64,000 bases of DNA from Cetorhinus maximus (taxonomy: Eukaryota), in NCBI RefSeq assembly GCF_964194155.1, contig NC_135882.1, positions 116,808,001 to 116,872,000 of the forward strand. The letters are read 5' to 3'. Made by a program: the position numbers and the translations under genes. The notes under the pieces are model-generated. The model was not told the DNA's origin. It saw nothing but the letters and a program-made list of their open reading frames with translations, and did not search any database. Every line of letters begins with the position of its first letter. Position 1 is the first letter of the stretch. Shown here piece after piece: positions 38,200-49,739 of this stretch.

Positions 38200-39020
38200 G
38201 CCATAAAATCACTTCCCATGGTCAATATTATTGTTCTCAATATACATAAATGAATTGGAATCTGAAATGGTTATCAATATTTTGTGAGTGAAACTAAATT
38301 GGTGGGAGGGCCTAGTTAATACTGATGAAGGCTGACAAAATAAAAGAATGCATTCACAAATTTGCAAAATGACCATGTAAATAGAAAATTAATTTCAGTC
38401 TAGATAAATATAAGGTGGGGCATTTTAGTAGGAGCAATAAGGAGACTATCTATTATTTGGAACATAAGAATATCAGAGGGTTAAAAGTGCAAAGGGATCT
38501 AGGGATATGAGTACACAAATCGTTAAAAGTAGCAATGCAGGTTAGCAAAGCCATAACAAGTGCAAACAAAGCATTGAGGCTCATTTCCAGAGGAACGAAT
38601 TGAAAAGCATACTAGTTACATTGAATTTATATAAAACCTTGGTTAGACATGCGTGTAGTTCTGGTCTCAAAAAACAAGATTGGAGAAAGTGCTAAAAAGA
38701 TTTACAAGGATGATACCAGAACTGGAAAAGGATGCAACTATTATGAATGGTTGTAACATACTGGGCCTCTTTTCTCTCTAAAACAAGGTGAACTGATAAA
38801 ACTATGAAAAATTTCGATAGAGTAGACACATACAAGACGTTTCCTCTTGTATGGAGTCCAATACAACACCATAAATATAAGATGGTCACTTATAAATCCA
38901 TTAAGGAATTCAGGAAGAACTTTTTTACACACTCTGATGGGAATGCTAAACTTGTTACCACATGGAATGGTTGAAACGATTAGCATAGGTATTTGTGAGA
39001 AGAAACTAGATTGGTCTATC
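38200..39020 (+). mobile_element. Old CR1 RT C-terminal/3' fragment
   Basis: Degenerate aagggatctaggg (RDLG), aaaaccttggttaga (TLVR) and ggaattcaggaagaacttttt segments. Confidence 0.65.
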
Positions 39021-39029
39021 CTCGGCCCC

Positions 39030-39612
39030 TTCCCATTTCTTTTACATGCTGTTTCTTGGTGACACCATCTGAAAACACAACACAAGTTTCCTCATGTACA
39101 CTGATGGCACCCAGCTTTATCTCTCTGCCACCTCTCTGTTTCTAGATTGTCACAATGCTTGTCCCACATCCAGTCCTGGATGTGCAGAACTTCCCTCAAA
39201 TTACATAATCGGAAGACAGAAGCCATTGTTTTTAAGTCCCTGCCACGAAATGCACTCCCTCGCCACCGACTTTATCCCTCCGGCAACTCTCTGTGGCTGA
39301 ACCAGACTGTCAGTAACTTTGGTATTATATTTGACCCTCGAGATGAACTTACAACCACATATCTGTGTGGTAAGACCGCTGATTTCTATCTCCGTAACGT
39401 GGCCCAACTGCATCCCTGCTTCTGCTCATCTCCTGCAGAATCCTTCAATCGTGCCTTTGTTACCTCTAAACTTGACTTATCCTAATCTATGCCTGGTTGG
39501 CCTCCCACATTTCACTCTCTGTAAACTTGAAGTCATTCAAAACTGTTGCATATGTGTTTTAACTTTTCACCGATGTGCTCTCTGGCATACACTGGCTCCC
39601 GGTTAATTAACA
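39030..39612 (+). mobile_element. L2-type LINE RT fragment
   Basis: MYTDGTQLYLS (YADDTQLY), CLSHIQSWM..LKLHNRKTEAIVF, NFGIIFD, AFVTSKLD. Confidence 0.8.
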
Positions 39613-39616
39613 TCTC

Positions 39617-41810
39617 AGGCAGAATTTTCCATTCTGGTGACTAAGTCCGGTGAACGGGAAAGCCGGCATGATTCCTGCTGGGCGACGGAGCGGGTAAACA
39701 TGCACAATCTTCAGCTTTTGAGCTAATTAATTATCTATCAGCGTTTGGTGAATCTTGTGGCAGGGCAGAAAGGCAGCTGTTCATCCTGCCATTATCTTAT
39801 GGGGTTGAAGGTACTGGCGCCATTTTTAAAGGGCACCCAGAAACACATTCACTCATTGCAGGTCAGGAGCTTCACACTACTCCTCCAGAGTCCTTGCGGC
39901 TACAGCTCGTACTGGAGAAGCTGACAAATGTGAGCAACCACATCCCGGGATATATGAGGGTGCCTCTGTCATTGCCTTTTGCACATCTCTAGATAACAGC
40001 ACTGCCGGCAATGTAACCACGGTCAGGCCAATGCTTGCTGTTGCATTGGTCTATGTTTGTCAGCTCCGCTGCCTGTTGCTGCTCAGGCCCTTGCTCCTCC
40101 TGGCTCTGTGCCAACCAGTGACAGGCCCTCCCTCTCCTCACTTGGATGAGAGCCATTACCAAGGTAGGGTTGCCTGCAGCCTACATCATCAACACCTCAG
40201 TGGATATGTGAATGAATTGAAGCAATTCATTGTATAAGCATGTCCTTTACAGGTATCTCTCAGCCAAGTACTAAGCCCTTCACTAGGCCTCCGTCTAGAC
40301 CTGACACCCCCACCCCACCCCACCACTTCCAGGTAAAGGACATCCTGGAGGACCAGAGATGGGTGTTCTTCTCGTTAATACTTGAATGTGTATTGAAACA
40401 TTGCTCTTTGACCAGGGTGATGAGAGCCATGTGCAAGAAGCTTCACGGACACTTTTCTGCTTGTCTCCAGTACCCTCAAAACTCCTTAGAGAGACCAATG
40501 CCTTGGCAGCATAGGAAGACTAACTGCATGCTCCCTTGTCAGCCATGACCATTCGCCTGGAAGGATGGATGTTTGGAGTCTTGAGCTGTCTGCCTACTGC
40601 CAGCGGTGTCCCTTGGAGGCATTCCACCCCCTCCCTTCCATCATCCCTGTCCCTGACTGCAGTCAATGGCAAATGGCACAGAATGAACGGCAGCTCCACA
40701 CCTTGCTGGGATCTTGATGTTATGAGACCCTGGAACAAACCTGCTACAATGTGGGGTTCACCATAGAAAGGAGAACACAAGTGAGCATCTTTGACACCAA
40801 TTGCCTCATAGTTATTAGGTTCCCCTTTAGTTGATTACATATGCTGACTTTGAAATCCACCCACCCAAAAAGACCCTCCTCCCACCTCGAGAGATCTCAC
40901 TGACTGACAAACTGTGTGGTCAAGGCCAGTTTGGAAAAATAGTACGCATCACCATTCAAACTCTATCTGCCCCCAGTCACCTACCAACTTCCCTCCATCA
41001 GCATACAGCCATCCAATATCACCGTGCCTTTACCCTCTGTCACCTTTGAATCCCTCTCCCCCCCGCCCCCCCGTTACCCTGGACCCTATCAAGAGCCACC
41101 TCCACATGCCTTTCCTCCTCTCCGAGTTGGCAACCATGCCCACCTTTACCATGCCACCTCCTGTTATCCGACTCACCTGCCTTGTCCCCCTCCGTGACCC
41201 ACTTGATGAAACCTTCAGCTACCAGACTGTCACCCTGGACTTGCCACCCTGCTGCATCCCACTACCTCCTCTCACCATTACCCTGAGTCCTTCCCCCCAC
41301 CAGCATCCCACCATTGACATCATTGATCCCATCCTCTAAGGAACTCAACGCCCACCCTCACTTTGCCAGACATTCCCCCCACCCTTCCCCGGACATTCCC
41401 ACCTACCACCACATCCACCCCCTCCCTCCCCTCCCTGAACACTCTCCAAATCTTTCCCTCGTAAGCCTGCCTCCCTTGACCAGCCTTGGTGCAGCGTTTG
41501 CTAATGGCACTCGAATGAAGCTATGTGAAGTCCCCAAGAGGGAGAATGCAACAGCTGCCAAGCTCACAATCGTGGAAGAGGTGAGGCTTGCCAGGTGCAG
41601 GCCACTTATATACAGTCATAAATCTAAACATTCTAAATTCTCGCTGGTGGTGAACTTGATTTGGAGGGCGAATTGAATTCTGGTGAGGTGGCCTTTTGAT
41701 GAGCATGCATGAGATGCTAACGCATGCAAATTAGGTTCCCGGCATTGTTTGTTGTTAAGCTTGACCCACCATGAACCCACCTTGGAAGTAGGGAGAACAA
41801 AATTCTAACC
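39617..41810. mobile_element. Decayed Harbinger-derived element
   Basis: GGCAGAATTTT start and AAAATTCTAACC end; 39640-39860 similar to 9480-9690; interior rearranged and C-rich. Confidence 0.5.
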
Positions 41811-41996
41811 GTCTATCCCACCATTGGGAACCAGAGTTTTTGCCTCCCATCAAATAAAGTGCCCCGGCTCCTCAAACCCTACAGCCCTCAGGGTTGTAGT
41901 AAATCCTCAGTTTAAGTCACCCTGCTTAATGTTGATAAGTTTCAACGTTGTTTAGTCTTCGGGCCTGTTTTTTCTGATTTGTGTTGCCATTTTCAG

Positions 41997-42453
41997 TCTT
42001 ACGCTGTCTGCACTCTGGGCATGCAGCCCCCACCGCTCGTGCTGCTCTCCAGGCCAGCCTCTGTCATCTTCTGTATCAGAACCACTGCCGCTGTCACCAC
42101 AGGCTGAGGCTGTGAGGAGAAAGCGAGGCCAGAAATCTGGGAGCAGGAGCGAAGTTCAGGCCCTCCCCCCGCTCTGCCCCCCTCCCCCCCCCTCCCCCCC
42201 CCCCCCAGCTCCAGATGTGGATTCCCCCCCTCCCACCCCCGCATCCAGACATGACCCACCCCCTTCGCTGGCTCCATCAGGGACCTCCCAACCACCCCCC
42301 TGCCCTCTGACTCCATCTGCGACCTCCCTCCTCCCTGGCTCCATCTGCAGCCCCATCCAGCTCCACTTAAAGCCCGGGACAGGGGCTCAGCCCCCTGCCG
42401 ACTGCCAGGAAGAGGTCCAGGCTTTGGGCCCAGGTGTGATCCTGGAATTGTAG
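41997..42453 (+). other. Candidate GC-rich, proline-rich exon of an unidentified gene
   Basis: Acceptor ccattttcAG at 41996, ~150 open codons (..EAVRRKRGQK..PPPPPSPPPPAP..), GTAGGT donors at 42450/42454; no homology recognised. Confidence 0.3.
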
Positions 42454-43019
42454 GTAGGTATTGTTGTGCTGCCACTCCACCGATACTGCTTTTATTTGAA
42501 CTGAGAAAAGTAACACCGTGCTGTCCTAGCTTCAGTTTTATTTCCAGTTCGTTTACAACATGTGACATACATTGTGAGAGCTAAGTACTGTTGCTATTTA
42601 ATTTCAACACTTATTTACATAAGCTTGACTGTTTTAACAGAAGAAATATCTGCCTCATTACTGAATCATTTCTGTTTTATTTGAAACAACCATCACTATT
42701 TTTGTACTGTATATTTGAGTAGAAATTCCTCCTTTTGGTCTGTGCTCAGACATTCATCAAGGTATTACTCTTTTTATCTGCAGCTGTGAAGACCCCTTGG
42801 ATCTCTGCTCTGTTTGTGTTCTTGTGATCAGGCTTTTACTTTGGTCTTACTGAGTTCCATTTCTCTCATTCCTCATTGCAGGCACTAAATCTGTGGATTG
42901 AGTACTTAAACAAGAATCCACTCAGCATCTGGTCAGCTACTGCCGTAACCATTAAATTACAAGGTTGTTAGTTACAGTTCTTAAGTGGCAGGCCAATGAG
43001 TATATACATAAAAACTGAT

Positions 43020-43480
43020 CAACCCCTTTTTACTCTCTTTATGGATCCAGAGAGCCCACTCCTTTCTTGCTCCCCCTCACTTTTTCTTCTTTCCATCTAT
43101 TTCTTTCTCTCCCTCTCTCTCCCCCCACCCCTTCTTTCTCCCACATTCTCAGTTTTCCTTCTGTTCTGTCTTTTTCCTTCATTCTTGTTTCTCTCTCTTC
43201 ATTATTATATTCTTTTGTTTTCTCTCCCTCAGCTTGTTTTGTTCTCTGTGGACTTGCTACCCTCTTGTTCTCTTTCTCTCTCTGCTTGCCCTTTTATTCA
43301 CCTTCCGCCACCCTCGTCTTTTGTTCAGACTCTTCCCCGTTATATTATTATTCCACCTGTCACCCTGTACTCCATTTCCCCTGTGTTCTTGCTCTGTCTG
43401 TCCCAGCCTTCTCTCACTCTCCTAGTATTTGTCCTCTTGTTCTCTCTACATCTTTCATTTTCTCTTACCCTTACTCTTCT
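43020..43480. repeat. Pyrimidine-rich (CT) low-complexity tract
   Basis: Almost exclusively C/T on the + strand; explains the spurious F/L/S ORFs. Confidence 0.85.
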
Positions 43481-44102
43481 TTGAGGTAACAGAAAGGGTT
43501 AGTGAGGGTAACATGCAGTTGATCAAGTGCCACACAACACAGCAACGTTGAAGTCCATAGATTACAGGGACAATGCAGCATGGACAGGAAGTTGACTGAG
43601 TGAGAGAAAACAGTGTAGTGTTGAACGGTTGTTTGTTGAGCTGGAGGGTGGTATACAGTGGGGTTCCCGAGGGGTTGGTACTAGGATCACTGCATTTCTT
43701 GATATATATTAATGACTTAAACTTGGGTGTGGAGGGCACAATTTCAAAATTTGCAGATGATACAAAACTAGGAAGTATTGTGAACTGTGAGGAGGATAGT
43801 GATAGTCTTCAAGATGTCATAGACAGGCTGGTGTAATGAGTGGACTGGTAGAAAATGAAATTGAATGAAACAAAGTATGAAGTGATATATTTTGGTAGGA
43901 AAAAGGTGCAGAAGCAATATCAAATAAAGTGTGCAATCCTAAAGGGGTGCAGGAACAGAGAGATCTGGGGGCATATGTGCATAAATCATTGAAATTGCCA
44001 CGACCGGTTGAAAAAGTGGTTAAACAGACATAGAGGGTGTTGGGCTTTATAAATAGAGGCATGGAGTACAAATGCAAGGAGGCGACGATGAACCTTTTAT
44101 AT

Positions 44103-44506
44103 AAAACAAAAACAGAAAATGCTGGAAAAGCTCAGCTGTTCTGACAGCCTCTGTGGAGAGAGAAACAAGAGTTAATGTTTCGAGTCAGTATGACCCTTCT
44201 TCAAAAAAAAACAGCATCCGCAGTAGCCAGTATCACCACCATCAACACCCCTTCGACCTTTCGTTTATGACATCTTTTGCAATCTCTCCATTGCCTCCAC
44301 CTATCACTGGCCTTCTATCCAGCTTCATCTGTTCCACCCCCCCTTAAATAGCATATAGTTCACCACATTTCTCCTCTTTAGTTCTGAAGAAGAGTCATAT
44401 GGACTCGAAACGTTAACTCTGTCTTTCTCTCCACAGCTGCTGTCAGACCTGCTGAGTTTTTCGAGCAATTTTTGTTTTTGTTTCAGCATCCACGGTATTT
44501 TGCTTT
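44103..44506 (+). mobile_element. Short Penelope-derived element with inverted 5' arm
   Basis: 44103-44203 is the reverse complement of ~44383-44480; flanks aaccttttatataaaac / aacctttatacaagac resemble a long TSD. Confidence 0.8.
44380..44418 (+). ncRNA. Minimal type-I hammerhead ribozyme motif (Penelope-type)
   Basis: AGTT-CTGAAGA-A-GAGTC-atatg-GACTC-GAAA-CGTT-AACT: stem I AGTT/AACT, core CUGANGA and GAAA, 5-bp stem II, palindromic ACGT in place of stem III. Confidence 0.65.
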
Positions 44507-45105
44507 AACCTTTATACAAGACTGGTTCAGCTTCAACTGGAGTATTGTTTCCAGTTCTGAGCACAACGCTTTAGGAAGGATGTGAAAACTTTAGAAAGGG
44601 TGTAGAAAAGATTTACGAGAATGTTTCCAGAGATTAGGGACTTCAGCTATGTGGATAGATTGGAGAAGCTGGGATGTTATCCTTAGAGAAGATAAGGTTG
44701 AAAGGGGATTTAATAGAGACTCAAAATCATGAGGGGTCTTTAGAATAGGTGGTTCCAATTGGCAGAAGAATGGGAACCATTGGACATCAATTTAAGATGA
44801 TTGGCAAAAGAAACATAGAAAATAGGAGCAGGAGGAGGCCATTCGGCCCTTCGAGCCTGCTCCACTATTCATTATGATCATGGCTGAAGGTAACATAAGG
44901 AAAATCTTTTTAACACAGCGAGTAGATAGGATCTGAAATGCACTACCTGAGAGAGCTGTGGAGGTAGATTGATTCATGGCTTTCCAAAGGGAATTGGATA
45001 AGCACCTGAATCGAGAAAATTTTATGGGCTATGGGGAAAGGGTAGGGATTGGGATTGCTGTTGCAGAGAGTCAGCATGGACATGTCTGTGCTGTAACCAT
45101 TCTAT

Positions 45106-45814
45106 GGACAGAATTTTGCCATCGGTGAGCAGGGGGCAGGGCCCACTCGCCTATGCTTCAAATGACGCGGGATGATGTTGGGCGGAACCCCCGACATCAT
45201 CCCGCCCCATTTAAATTTTCAGGAAGGTGGGGGCGCAGCAAAATCAGCTGCGGGCCCGCTGACCTGTCAATGGCCAATTGAGGCCATTGACAGGATTATT
45301 TAAACAATTAAAGGACCTGCCCATCCAACCTTAAGGTTGGCGGGCAGGCCAGGAGCCCCGGCGGCAAATAGAGAAAACATGAAACCTCATCCACCGGTGG
45401 GATGAGGTTTCATGCAGGGTTATAAAAGTTTTAATAAATTTATTCTGTAAATTATGAACATGTCCTAACTCATATGACATTGTCACATGATGGGGGACAT
45501 GTAAGGGATTTTTTTTTCTCTATTTTTAATATTTTTCAAAGTACAGGCGATCTCCCTGAGGCTGCACTTAGCCTCAGGGAGATGTGCGCTCTTTCGTGCG
45601 CATGCGCGAAAGAGCGCACTCTTGCTTTTAGAGAATCCCCCCCTGCTCACACGGGGAGCGCAAGGTGTTTCCCGCTGGACGTCACGCTGGGCGGGCCTTA
45701 ATTGGCCCGCCCATGTAAAATGGCGGTGTGGCCCGCTTCACTGGCGGGGATCGGCTCCGCGCCCGCCAGAGATTGGGTCAGGCCCACTCGCCCAACAGGC
45801 AGAAAATTCTGCCC
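45106..45814. mobile_element. Palindrome-rich Harbinger-type MITE (best-preserved copy)
   Basis: TIRs GGACAGAATTTT / AAAATTCTGCCC; flanks TAT/AAT; at least six internal inverted repeats. Confidence 0.88.
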
Positions 45815-46340
45815 AATGATTCTTTATCACATCCTCTTTTCACCTGCACTTTTTCTCCTCACCCATTGTATTCTCTTCCCCATATGCTCTGATTTTTCTC
45901 TTACCTTTTTGTTCTTTCTCTGCTTCCTATTCTCTTTCACTCAACCTCTTAGTTCTCTCTTCCCCCTATCCCTACACTTAATGTATTTTAAAAGCAAAGA
46001 ACTGTGGATGCTGGAAATCTAAAACAAAAACAGAAATACCTGGAAAAACTCAGCAGGTCTGGACTTAATATATTTTGTTTGCTTTGTTTCTCCTCTTTTC
46101 CCCCTTTGGTTCTCACTATCCACCCTTTCCTGTTTTCTCTCATTTTCCCCTTTCTTTCCTTGTCCTCGTTCTCATTTGTTTGCTCTTCTCTGTACCCTCT
46201 TCTCAATTCTTCCCTTGAATTCTTTTATTCCTTTCCACCTCGCAGGTTCTTACCATGTTTTACCTTCCTACTGCATTGCCATATTTTATTCTCTCTCCTC
46301 TTGCTGTTTTTTTTTTGCATTTTCTCTCTCCCCATAGTGT
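45815..46340. repeat. CT-rich low-complexity tract containing a 73-bp Penelope-derived tip (45990-46062)
   Basis: Tip flanked by acttaatgtatttt (45976-45989) / acttaatatatttt (46063-46076). Confidence 0.75.
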
Positions 46341-46418
46341 TTGTTTTTATAAAAACACTCATCAGGGTCATATGCGAAATCAGGAGAATTCCCAAGTGTC
46401 TCTGTAAATGGTTACGTA

Positions 46419-49400
46419 TGTAAGAACATACGAATAGGAGCAGGAGTAGGCCACTCAACCCCTCGAGCCTGCTCCGCCATTCAATAAGATCATGGCTGAT
46501 CTGAATGTAACCTCAACCCTACGTTCCTGCCTACCCTGATAACCTTTCAACCCCTTGCTAATCAAGAACCTATCTAGCTCTACCTTAAAAGTATTCAAAG
46601 ACTCTGCTTCCACTGCCTTTTGAGGAAGAGAGTTCCAAAAACTTTCAACCCTCTGAGAGAAAAAAAATTTCTCCTCATCTCTGTCTTAAATGAGTGACCC
46701 CTTATTTTTAAATAGTGACCCCTAGTTCTAGATTCTCCGACAAGAGGAAACATCCTCTCGACATCCACCCTGTCAAGACCCCTCAGGATATTAAAGGTTT
46801 CAATTAAGTCGCCTCTTATTCATCTAAATTCCAGTGGGTACAGCCTAACCTGTCCAGCCTTTCCTCATAAGATAAATCGCCCATTCCTGGAATTAGTCTA
46901 GTAAACCTTCTCTGAACTGCTTCTAATGCATTTACAGCTTTCTTTAAATAAAGAGACCAGTCCTGTACACAATACTCCTGATGTGGTCTCACCAATGCCC
47001 TGTACAACCAAAGCATAACCTCCCTACTTTTGTAATCAATTCCCCTCACAATAAATGATAACATTCTATTAGCTTTCCTAATTACCTGCTGAACCTGCAG
47101 ACTAACCTTTTGTGATTCATGCACTAGGACATCCATATCCCTCTGAACCTCAAAGCTCTGCAATCTCTCACCCTTTAGATAGTAAGCTTTTTTATTCTTC
47201 CTGCCAAAATGAACAATTTCACGTTTGTCCACATTATACTCCATTTGCCAGATCTTTGCCCACTTACTTAACTTATCTATGTCACTTTGCTTCCTCTTTA
47301 TGTCCTCTTCACAATTTACTTTCCTACCTATCTTTGTGTTGTCAGCAAATTTATCCACCATTCCTTCCATCCCTTCATCCAAGTCATTTACATAAATTGT
47401 AAAAAGTTGAGGCCCCTGCTCATCACATCCTGCCAACCAGGAAAATACCCATTTATGCCAACTCTCTGCTTCCTATTAGCGAGCCAATCTTCTATCCATG
47501 CTAGTATGTTACCCTCTACACCATGAGCTTTTATTTTCTACAATAACCTTTGATGTGGTACTTTATCAAATGCCTTCTGGAAATCTAAATACCGTACATG
47601 CACCGGTTCCCCTTTATCCACAGCGCATGTGATTCCTTCAAAGAGCTCCAATAAATTGGTCAAACATGATTTCCCTTTTACAAAACCATGTTGACTCTGC
47701 CTGATTGCCTTGAATTTTTCTAAGTGCCCTCCTATAACATCTTTAATAATAGCTTCTAACATTTTCCCTGGGACAGATGTTAGGCCAACTGGCCTGTAGT
47801 TCCCTGCTTTCTGTCTCCCTTTTTGAATAAAGGAGTCATATTTGTTATTTTTCAATCTAATGGAACCTTCCCCAAATCTAAGGAATTTTGGAAAATTAAA
47901 ACCAGTGCATCAACTATCTCACTAGTCACTTCTTTCAAGACCTTAGGATGAAGTCCATCCGGACCTGGGGATTTGTCAGCCCACAGCCCCAACCATTTGC
48001 TCAATAGCATTTCCCTGGTGATTGTAATTTTCCCGAGTTCCTCCCTCACTTCCATTTCCTGATTTCAAGCTATTTCCAGGATGTTACTTGTATCCTCTAT
48101 AGTGAAGACTGAAGCAAAATGCCTGTTTAATTTGTTCGCTATCTCCCTACTTTCCTTTATCAATTCCCCAGACACACTCTCTATAGGACTGACGTTCTTA
48201 CTATTGCCTTTATATGACTAGCTAGCTTTCTCTCATACTCTGATTTTTTCCTCCTTGTTAATCTTTTTGTCATTCTTTGCTGTCCTTTACGTTCTTTCCA
48301 ATCTTCTGACCTACACCCATCTTTGCTTAATTAAATGCTTTTTCTTTAAGTTTGATACTGTCTTTAACTTTTTTAGTTAACCACGGATGGTGGGTCCTCC
48401 CCTTGGAATTTTTCTTACTCATTGGAATGTATATATTCTGTGTATTCTTAAATATCCCTTTAAATGTCTGTTACTGAACTTCTATCAACATATCTCTTAA
48501 TCTCATTTGGCAGTTCTCTCGCTAGCTCTGCTTCCATTATTTAAGTTTAAATTACTAGTCTTGGAAGCACTTGTTTCTTCCTTAAAATGAATGTAAAATA
48601 CAATCATATTATGATCGCTGCTATCTAGGGGTGCCTTCACTATGAGGTTATCAATTAATCCTTTCTTGTTGCTTAGTACCAGGTCTGATTGGCTCCAGAA
48701 CCTGCTGTTGTAAGAACCTATCCACGAAACATGCTATGAACTGCTCGGGCTGAATTTTCCCCCCCGTCGGGGGCAAGGTTCAAGGGTGGGCACGCATAGG
48801 CGCGCTTTTGATCGGTGCCCCCAATTGGGGGCACGGTGCCATTTTATGCGGGTGGGCCAAGTAAGGCCCGCCCAGCGTGACATCCGAACAGAAGCGCTAT
48901 GCGCTTCTTGTGCGGAAGGGGGGTAATCCCAAAATCGAGAGTGCGCTCTTTCATGCATGCGCACGAAAGAGCGCACTCATCTCCCTGAGGCTAAGTGCAG
49001 CCTCAGGGAGATCGGCTCTAAATGTTAAAAACCTAAAAATAGAAAAATAAAATTTCCCTAACGTCCCCTCATGTGACATGTCCATAAGTTTTACAAAAGC
49101 TTTATTAAAATTTTATAAAACCTACATGAAACCTCATCCCGCCCATGGATGAGATTTCATGCTTTTTCTAATTCGTGCCAGGCCTTAAGGTTGGACGGGC
49201 AGGTCCTTTAATTACTTAATTGACTCTGTCAATGGTCTCAATTGGCCTTTGACTGGTTGGCGGGCGTGCAGCTGATTTTGCTGCGCTCCCGCCTACCTGA
49301 AAATTTAAATGGGGCGCGGTGACGTCGGGAGTTCCGCCCGATCTCACCGCGCATCATTTTACACCTCGGCAAGCGGGCCCCGCCCCCGCTCACCGACGCT

Positions 49401-49505
49401 TAAAATCCTGCCGCTCATTTATGCTACTTTTGCCCATCTGATTTTTCCAGCCTATATGTAGATTAAAATCTCCCATGATTATTGCTGTACCTTTCTGGCA
49501 AGATC
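46419..49505 (-). mobile_element. CR1 LINE (APE C-terminus, RT, 3'UTR), interrupted by a MITE
   Basis: KSPGPDGLHPKVLKE, NYRPVGLTS, QHGFVKGKSCLTNL, DFQKAFDKVPH, KFADNTKIG; tail taagaacatacgaataggagcagg at 46421. Confidence 0.92.
48747..49413. mobile_element. Palindrome-rich Harbinger-type MITE
   Basis: GGGCTGAATTTT / AAAATCCTGCCG, TSD CTC; reverse-complement homologue of 45106-45814. Confidence 0.88.
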
Positions 49506-49739
49506 CTGTTGGCGTCCCCTTTGCTCCATGAGAATCTCAAAGAATCCCACAGCTTTCAGGGAGCCAGTCCACCTCTGAAACTGATTACCTATTTTTTAGG
49601 AATAGTCCATGACCCTTTTAAATTGCATAATGCTGCTCAGCTATGAAAACTCTCAGTTTTAGTTTCTGGATGAGTAAACAACACCCTTCCCTCTCTCCTA
49701 GGAATACGCATTGTAGCAGAAATTAAGAATTTGCAACTA

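Larger units (their letters stand above)
43481..45105 (+). mobile_element. CR1 RT/3' fragment with nested insertions
   Basis: SGVPEGLVLGSLHFLIYINDL..ISKFADDTKLG; interrupted at ~44103-44506 and by a minus-strand CR1 3' tip at ~44812-44887. Confidence 0.85.

Noticed and set aside
42996-43489. 162-aa and 140-aa hydrophobic ORFs that look like membrane proteins
   Set aside because: Artefact of a CT-rich low-complexity tract (F/L/S/P codons); the same applies to ORF 46004-46423.
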